64,000 nt of DNA, from the NCBI GenBank assembly GCA_017991375.1, contig JAGOQP010000005.1:8348-72347 (forward strand), written 5' to 3'. A program made the position numbers and the translations under genes. The notes under the pieces are model-generated. The model saw nothing but the letters and a program-made list of their open reading frames with translations, did no database searches and had not been told where the DNA came from. This stretch comes from Minisyncoccota bacterium (GTDB lineage Bacteria > Patescibacteriota > Minisyncoccia > UBA6257 > JAGOQP01). Numbering within the stretch: the first letter of the stretch is position 1; each line of letters opens with the position of its first letter. Below, piece by piece: positions 58,225 through 64,000 of this stretch.

Positions 58225-59118
58225 ATGAAGCGCTATTACGTTGTATATCTGTTCGTGTTGGTTATTGCAGTGTTTCTTATGCGTGGCGGCGAGGTTTTTG
58301 CCGCGACTGTTTATCCAGTTATTGATTCTTCGTCCGTGCGCGTTGGTGATACGGCGGTCATTACTCTTTTTCTGGATACCGAAGGAGAGACCATAAACAC
58401 CGTTGATGGGTCGTTTTCTCTTGGGGCCAATACGCAACTACTCGCGGTAAAAGATTTTTCTTTCGCGGGAAGCGGATTTTCATATTGGGTTCATCATCCT
58501 TCTCTCTCGTTAGAGAGCGGAATCATTTCTTTTGTTGGGGGCGCCCCAGGAGGAGTATCTGGCTCGTCCGTCGTGCTTTTTAAAACGATTGTGTTAGCCA
58601 AAAAGACGGGGACCATATCCATTACTCCAGGAGCTATTAACGCCTATCTTAATGATGGGAAAGGGACGTTGATTTCTGTTCGCACAAAAACACTTTCAGT
58701 TACGGCGGAAAAACAAACGGGAGAACCAAATGATTCATGGGCGCGAGTGCTTGCGTCCGACACGCGTCCTCCTTCTGATCTGCGTGTTGAATTTGGAAAA
58801 AGTACTGAACTTTTTGAAGGAAGATGGTTTGCATCAATACGCGCGGCCGATAGCGAATCGGGGATAGACCGATATGAGGTCATGGAAAACGGTCGTTCCG
58901 TTGTCCTGGCAACTCCTTTATATGAACTCTCCAACCAATCAGGAAATGCTCGTCTTAACGTCGTTGTCTACGATAAAGCTGGTAATAAAAGCGAGATAAC
59001 AATCAGTCAAGACAAGGGATGGCCATGGTGGTATGTTGTTGTCATCGTCGTTGTTATCGTTTGTGCGTTATATATTATTCGTAGATTTATACGAAGAAAA
59101 AAAATTATTCAATGGTAA
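58225..59118 (+). CDS. Membrane-anchored cohesin-domain protein 1
   Basis: Signal peptide, then a ~140-aa segment with cohesin-like beta-sandwich pattern (VGDTAVITLFLDT...INTVDGSFSL...ISFVGGAPGGVSGSSVVLFKTIVLAKKTGTISI...NAYLNDGKGTLI). C-terminal TM WPWWYVVVIVVVIVCALYII + RRFIRRKK. Confidence 0.5.
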   Translation: MKRYYVVYLFVLVIAVFLMRGGEVFAATVYPVIDSSSVRVGDTAVITLFLDTEGETINTVDGSFSLGANTQLLAVKDFSFAGSGFSYWVHHPSLSLESGIISFVGGAPGGVSGSSVVLFKTIVLAKKTGTISITPGAINAYLNDGKGTLISVRTKTLSVTAEKQTGEPNDSWARVLASDTRPPSDLRVEFGKSTELFEGRWFASIRAADSESGIDRYEVMENGRSVVLATPLYELSNQSGNARLNVVVYDKAGNKSEITISQDKGWPWWYVVVIVVVIVCALYIIRRFIRRKKIIQW

Positions 59119-60842
59119 CAGCACATGTTCGTCGAGCTCTACTTTTTTTCGCGTGTGGAAGCGCGTTTGTTTTAGGACACCTTTTTTTGCCTCAGAGTGT
59201 TTACGCGGCGACATTGTCGTTGAGTCCGTCTGTTGCGGTTTCTCACGTTGGTGATGTTTTTACCGCGCGCGCGCTGATAAATACCGAGGGAAAATTCATT
59301 AACAATGCCGAAGCGATCATCACATTTCCTACTGATATTGTTGAGGTTGTTTCTGTAAGCGCAAAAAACTCCATCTTTTCTCTCTGGGTAGAACAGCCCA
59401 GTTTCTCAAACGCGTCTGGTCAAATTTCATTTAACGGTGGTGTTGTTAATCCGGGTTACTCTGGGGTTGGCGGAGAAGCGATTAGTATTGTTTTTCGTTC
59501 CAAAAAAGAAGGAGTTGCTCATCTGCTGTTGAGTAATGTAGCCATTCGTGAAAATGATGGATTGGGCACCAATGTGCTTAGTTCGTTCTATTCAACACAG
59601 GTTGTTATCCAAGGCGCGATAAAGCCGACTCCGTCTCTTGGTCCAGCGGTTGATGCTGATGAACAAGCGGCCCGAGCTGATGAATCGCTTGGTAATGGTG
59701 AAGCTCCTGTTGTATCTTCTCCGACGTGCCCCGATCAAAGCGCGTGGTGCTCAGATTCCTCTCTCACGTTCAATTGGGAGCTTCCTTCACATGCGTTTGC
59801 GGTGCAGACATTACTCGGAGCAAAACCGGACTCTGTGCCGTCGGTATATTATAGTTCTGGCATCAATACAAAAAAGGTAGATACTATAGAAGATGGAACA
59901 TGGTATTTTCACGTTCGTTACCGTGACGCGAGCGGATGGTCAAAGACAGCGCACTATCGAGTGAATATAGATACAACAGCACCCACACTTTCGCTTTCAG
60001 TAAAGCGACAAGGACAAACAAATGGGTTGCATATTGTTTCACAGGACACTTTATCGGGAATTTCTCGATACGAAGTAGTCATTGACGGTCGTAAGCAATT
60101 TGGTATTGCGGCGCATGAAGCTCAACAAATGATTTTACTCCCAGGCGTTTCTACTGGAGAACATACTGTTGCCGTAAGCGCGTTTGATAACGCGGGGAAT
60201 AGAGCGAGTAAGGAGGTTGTATTTATCGCGCCCGATCCGATTGCTCCGACCATCTCTCTTGAATCAGAGCGCGTGAACGCTCGAGAGCCATTTGTTCTCT
60301 TGGGGTCATCGTTATATCCTCGATCGGCGGTACGGGTTGCCGTTATGCCCGAAATAGGAGAAGCGATTGTTTATGATGTTAGCACCGATGCCGCGGGGCG
60401 GTTTGAGGTGACTGGGAAATCGCTTATGTCTTCTGGTGTTTATTCTATTTCAGCACGAATTGTTTTACTGGATGGATCTCTCGGCCCAGAATCAAACAAA
60501 GTGTTTTTGATTGTTGATACCTCTTTTGAATTTTCAATTGGATCATTGAGTATCGCGCTCTCTTTGTGGATGATAGTTATCATTATTATAGGCGTCATCA
60601 TAGTAGTAGGAGGTGGGGTTTACCTAGCGCACAGAACACGGAGACACAAAAAAACACACCGCACTGCTCAACAGCGAACCCATGAAATGTTCGATCTTCT
60701 TATTGAGCGCGCGCGGCATCAGATGAAACTACTCGAGCAGATTAGACGCCAAGATGGATCGGCAAGCGAATATACAACGGCAATGCGCGAGCTTGATAAA
60801 ACACTTGATAAACTTTCGGAACTTTTTAAATCAAAAATTTAA
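59112..60842 (+). CDS. Membrane-anchored cohesin-domain protein 2 with Ig/FN3-like modules and a cytoplasmic coiled-coil tail
   Basis: Paralogous cohesin-like N-domain (HVGDVFTARALINTEGKFINNAEAIITF...ISFNGGVVNPGYSGVGGEAISIVFRSKKEGVAHLLL). Middle has beta-rich Ig-like modules. C-terminal TM (LSLWMIVIIIIGVIIVVGGGVYLA) + HRTRRHKK + coiled coil. Confidence 0.5.
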   Translation: MVTAHVRRALLFFACGSAFVLGHLFLPQSVYAATLSLSPSVAVSHVGDVFTARALINTEGKFINNAEAIITFPTDIVEVVSVSAKNSIFSLWVEQPSFSNASGQISFNGGVVNPGYSGVGGEAISIVFRSKKEGVAHLLLSNVAIRENDGLGTNVLSSFYSTQVVIQGAIKPTPSLGPAVDADEQAARADESLGNGEAPVVSSPTCPDQSAWCSDSSLTFNWELPSHAFAVQTLLGAKPDSVPSVYYSSGINTKKVDTIEDGTWYFHVRYRDASGWSKTAHYRVNIDTTAPTLSLSVKRQGQTNGLHIVSQDTLSGISRYEVVIDGRKQFGIAAHEAQQMILLPGVSTGEHTVAVSAFDNAGNRASKEVVFIAPDPIAPTISLESERVNAREPFVLLGSSLYPRSAVRVAVMPEIGEAIVYDVSTDAAGRFEVTGKSLMSSGVYSISARIVLLDGSLGPESNKVFLIVDTSFEFSIGSLSIALSLWMIVIIIIGVIIVVGGGVYLAHRTRRHKKTHRTAQQRTHEMFDLLIERARHQMKLLEQIRRQDGSASEYTTAMRELDKTLDKLSELFKSKI

Positions 60843-60856
60843 AAAGACGTAATATA

Positions 60857-60884
60857 TAAAACCCCGCCACTGGCGGGGTTTTAT
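60857..60884. terminator. Bidirectional terminator between cohesin gene 2 (+) and tatA (-)
   Basis: aaaaccccgccactggcggggtttt. Confidence 0.7.
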
Positions 60885-60887
60885 ATA

Positions 60888-61043
60888 TTACTTTTTCTTT
60901 TGATCGTCATCCTTAAACGCTCCTCGTAAATGTTTTACGGACTCTACGATACTTTTGGTTAATTCTGGTATTTTCTTTGCGCCAAACAAGAGGACGAGGA
61001 CGATTGCGATGATTATTATCTCTTTTGTTCCAAGACCGAACAT
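60888..61043 (-). CDS. tatA: Twin-arginine translocase subunit TatA/E (51 aa; below the ORF-track size cutoff)
   Basis: Reverse-strand translation MFGLGTKEIIIIAIVLVLLFGAKKIPELTKSIVESVKHLRGAFKDDDQKKK* parallels E. coli TatA (..LLIIAVIVVLLFGTKKL....FK..). Confidence 0.7.
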   Translation of the reverse strand: MFGLGTKEIIIIAIVLVLLFGAKKIPELTKSIVESVKHLRGAFKDDDQKKK

Positions 61044-61202
61044 ATTATGTTATGGCTTAATACTAATATAAGAAGTATAGCATACCATACAAAAAAGTCA
61101 CTACGGGCTTATTATGAAGATCATTACTATCTAAATATACGCAACGAGTTTTTCTTGCGCGGGAGCGCTTTTTGCTGTAGAGTTTAAGCACTCGAAATGA
61201 AT

Positions 61203-61273
61203 CGGGATATCGTATAGTGGTAGTATACACGTTTCGGGTGCGTGAGGCTTGGGTTCGATTCCCAATATCCCGA
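61203..61273 (+). tRNA. tRNA-Pro (anticodon CGG)
   Basis: CGGGATA...CACGT-TTCGGGT-GCGTG...TTGGG-TTCGATT-CCCAA-TATCCCG-A. G37 is present. D-arm slightly atypical. Confidence 0.75.
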
Positions 61274-61412
61274 CAAAGAATAGTGACCAGTGATTAGTGA
61301 ATAGTGGATAGTGAACAGTTCTCCTAACGAAAACAAAGATCTTCCGTTAAGAGGGTTTTTGTTGTGGTTGGGTGGTTTGTTTTAGCGGTTCAGTGCTCTA
61401 TAATATATATGT

Positions 61413-62453
61413 ATGAATTCATCAAAAAACCAACCAGTGCTTATTACTATTCTTTTGGTCGGAATGCTTATTTTGGCATTCTTTATTATGTTGCCATATC
61501 TTACCGCCATCATTTTGGCGATGGTGTTGGCGATTGTGTGCGAGCCGTTATATCTGCGGATAAAGAAAGTTGTTCGTATCAACTGGATTGCGTCGTTAGC
61601 GATGACGCTCTGCGTGTTAATCATCTTTCTACTGCCGCTTTCATTTTTTGGAACACTGGTATTTAACGAAGCCCGGGATATGTATATAGGGTCAATAGAG
61701 GGAGCGGATCTTGATACTGTTGGTGGGCTTCCCTCTCTTGTCCAACAATATGTCGCGCGGCACATTCCTACGCTTGCGGGAACGCTTGACGTAGCACAAT
61801 ATACTCAGGATGTATTGGCGTGGGTGGTGCAAAACGTAGGGGGAGTGTTTTCTAGCATTGTTCAAGGAGTGGTGACATTCGCGCTCAGTTTATTTATATT
61901 CTTTTACTTTCTTAAGGACCAAAAACTATTTGAACAATTTCTCTCGCGGTTTAGCCCGCTTACCGAAGAAAACACCAATAAGATTGTTGATAAAATTAAA
62001 CGGAGCGTGAACTCGGTTGTGGGGGGATCCTTAGTAGTCGCGGTCTTGCAGGGTATTGTAACTGGTTGTGGGTTTGCGCTTTTTGGCATCCCCAATCCAG
62101 CACTCTGGGGAGGCATCGCGGTTGTTGCCGCCTTGGTGCCCACATTTGGAACATCGTTGGTTGTCGTTCCCGCGATCGTCTATCTTTTTGCAAACCATCA
62201 TATTGGAGCGGCGATTGGGTTGTTGGCGTGGGGGTTTCTCGCGGTTGGCATGCTAGACAACTTTTTGGGGCCACAGCTCGTCAAACGAGGTACAAAAGTA
62301 CATCCGCTCATCGTGCTTTTGAGCGTGCTCGGCGGCGTAGGAATATTCGGGCCGATTGGATTTATTATGGGACCGTTGGTGTTTAGTTTATTATTTGCCC
62401 TGTTGGAAATGTATCGAGAAACATGGCATGAGGAAGCTCGTCACACGATATGA
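61413..62453 (+). CDS. AI-2E family (PerM/UPF0118) membrane transporter
   Basis: 8-TM protein with an LVVAVLQGIVTGCGFALFGIPNPALWGGIAVVAALVPTFGTSLVVVPAIVYLF core typical of the family. Confidence 0.5.
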   Translation: MNSSKNQPVLITILLVGMLILAFFIMLPYLTAIILAMVLAIVCEPLYLRIKKVVRINWIASLAMTLCVLIIFLLPLSFFGTLVFNEARDMYIGSIEGADLDTVGGLPSLVQQYVARHIPTLAGTLDVAQYTQDVLAWVVQNVGGVFSSIVQGVVTFALSLFIFFYFLKDQKLFEQFLSRFSPLTEENTNKIVDKIKRSVNSVVGGSLVVAVLQGIVTGCGFALFGIPNPALWGGIAVVAALVPTFGTSLVVVPAIVYLFANHHIGAAIGLLAWGFLAVGMLDNFLGPQLVKRGTKVHPLIVLLSVLGGVGIFGPIGFIMGPLVFSLLFALLEMYRETWHEEARHTI

Positions 62454-63406
62454 TTATTGTTTACGTTGTTGTTATTTGCGCGCTTTTTTACGCGCTTGGT
62501 ATGGTTGCCGACCGAGTTATCGCCCACATTCGTGAAGTTGCGCGACGGTTGGGGGTGAGTGTTTTTTTTCTTGGTTTGTTTTTGGGAATATTCACATCTC
62601 TTGCTGAGTTGAGTATTGGTATTGGAGCTCTGATGCGCAACACCCAAGCGCTTACGGTTGGAAATTTGCTCGGCGGTATTGTGGTGTTGATGGGATTTAT
62701 ATTGGGACTTGGATTGGTATTTAATCGAACGATCAATACCGATGGACATATTAAAACCATCGTTCCGTATCTTGTCTTTATTCTCTTGCTGTTTATTTTG
62801 GGTTCCGATAAAACACTTTCACGCACTGATGGAGTTATTATGCTTGTCGCGTATGTGGCGCTGTTGGGGATGATGTATTATCACCATCGTGTAGCGCGGG
62901 CGCGCGATCGCGCAGACGAAAAAGATACCTTCAAACCAGAGACACGTTATAAAACTATATTAGTGGTTACTCGCTTGCTCGGATGGCTCGTGCTCGCGTT
63001 TATGATTGCTCAAGGTATTGTGGAGCTTGCGATGCGCATATTACCGCAGTTGGGACTTTCGGCATTTGTTGTTGGTATTGTGGTTTTTTCGATAGGAACA
63101 AACCTTCCAGAGCTGATGGTTACCATTCGTTCGTGGCGGCGGCATATCACCTCGCTCTCATTGAGTACCATTTTGGGGTCGGCGATGGCAAACGTTATGA
63201 TTGCGGGACTTTTTGCTTTGGCGCGTCCGATTGATATTATCACCGACGATTCTTTTGTTCTTCTGGCTATTGTGGCGAGCATATTGGGGCTGTTCTTTTT
63301 GGTTTTCTATAAAACAGGGCGCGTGCTCACGCGGCGCGAGGGAGTTGTGCTACTAATCATCTACGCGCTTTTTTTGGCGGTACAAATAACTCTCATACAA
63401 CAATGA
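62450..63406 (+). CDS. CaCA-family cation/Ca2+ antiporter (YrbG-like)
   Basis: Two alpha-repeats: ...SLAELSIGIGAL...GNLLGG... and ...FSIGTNLPELMVTIRSW... (GTSLPEL-type). Start overlaps the upstream stop (ATGA). Confidence 0.55.
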   Translation: MIIVYVVVICALFYALGMVADRVIAHIREVARRLGVSVFFLGLFLGIFTSLAELSIGIGALMRNTQALTVGNLLGGIVVLMGFILGLGLVFNRTINTDGHIKTIVPYLVFILLLFILGSDKTLSRTDGVIMLVAYVALLGMMYYHHRVARARDRADEKDTFKPETRYKTILVVTRLLGWLVLAFMIAQGIVELAMRILPQLGLSAFVVGIVVFSIGTNLPELMVTIRSWRRHITSLSLSTILGSAMANVMIAGLFALARPIDIITDDSFVLLAIVASILGLFFLVFYKTGRVLTRREGVVLLIIYALFLAVQITLIQQ

Positions 63407-63771
63407 TTTCATACGATGATTTTTCGCGCGTTGAGCTTAGAACAGCGCGTGTGATGCACGCGGAGCGTGTAACGGGATCCGATAAGTTACTTCGGCTTGA
63501 TATTTCAGTCGGTGATGTTGATGACGCGGGGAGTTTGATAACACGCCAGCTTGTTGCGGGTATTGGAAAAAACCATGAGCCGGAACAGTTGATTGGAAAA
63601 ATGATTATTATTGTTGCAAACTTGGAGCCAAAAATGTTTCGCATAAAGACAGAAGAAGGGGTGGTTGAGTTGGAGAGCAGGGGCATGTTACTCGCGGCGT
63701 CGAATGATACACAAGGACCAGTTCTTTTGACGACGATGGAAGATATTGAGGGAGGGAGTGGGGTGAGGTAG
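63403..63771 (+). CDS. tRNA-binding domain protein (CsaA/Trbp111 / MetRS-C-terminal 'Myf' fold)
   Basis: FSRVELRTARVMHAERVTGSDKLLRLDISVGD....RQLVAGIGKNHEPEQLIGKMIIIVANLEP is the OB-fold tRNA-binding signature. Confidence 0.5.
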   Translation: MISYDDFSRVELRTARVMHAERVTGSDKLLRLDISVGDVDDAGSLITRQLVAGIGKNHEPEQLIGKMIIIVANLEPKMFRIKTEEGVVELESRGMLLAASNDTQGPVLLTTMEDIEGGSGVR

Positions 63772-63982
63772 GAAAATGTGGAAAGCCCTCCTTCGCTCAT
63801 CTAATGAGCTTCGGAAGGGCACGCACGTGGCAAGTGGAATGTTAAATGTCAAAAGTGAATAGTGAGTAGCGAATAGTGTGGTGGGCGAGGAATAATGGGT
63901 AAATAACTTTTTTGCAAACAAGTAATTGGAAATAGAAAAAACTTGCGGAAAATAAATAAATAAGTACACTAGTATACACAAT

Positions 63983-64000
63983 GGGCCTATGGTCTAGTGG
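63983..64000 (+). tRNA. 5' end of a tRNA gene truncated by the window edge (identity not determinable)
   Basis: GGGCCTATGGTCTAGTGG reads as acceptor stem + D-arm (...TCTAGTGG). Confidence 0.35.

Overview
This is a 64-kb AT-rich bacterial chromosomal segment, densely coding on both strands. The gene content is a minimal housekeeping set: rpsO-pnp, recO, glyQS, RNase J, secG, nusA, H+-pyrophosphatase, clpP, glyA-folD, recA, clpB, tsaE, infC-rpmI-rplT, ssrA-smpB, ileS, cca and murI. Alongside these are many small secreted or membrane hypotheticals, two ECF sigma modules, Tat components and pilin-like arrays. This looks like a reduced-genome Patescibacteria/CPR-type organism; that is inference from gene content only. 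I find 7 complete tRNAs, 1 partial tRNA at the right edge, and a tmRNA. The main highlights are these. (1) A TatC...TatA-flanked operon encodes a dockerin-bearing secreted protein, two membrane-anchored cohesin-domain proteins and an 854-aa beta-helix protein. (2) ileS carries an embedded histidine-phosphatase domain and one in-frame TAG inside a repeat-derived insertion. (3) There are five tandem VirB2/TrbC-like pilin genes. (4) Two mirrored ECF-sigma/anti-sigma/coiled-coil triads flank an L,D-transpeptidase-M23 fusion gene. (5) There are several interspersed repeat families, including a 61-nt pair that is 100% identical, and related sequence running in-frame into tsaE, ileS and the 3' end of recO. 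(6) A 12-nt duplicate of the tmRNA 3' end lies about 130 nt downstream of ssrA. All calls are by eye from the sequence and ORF translations; no searches were run.
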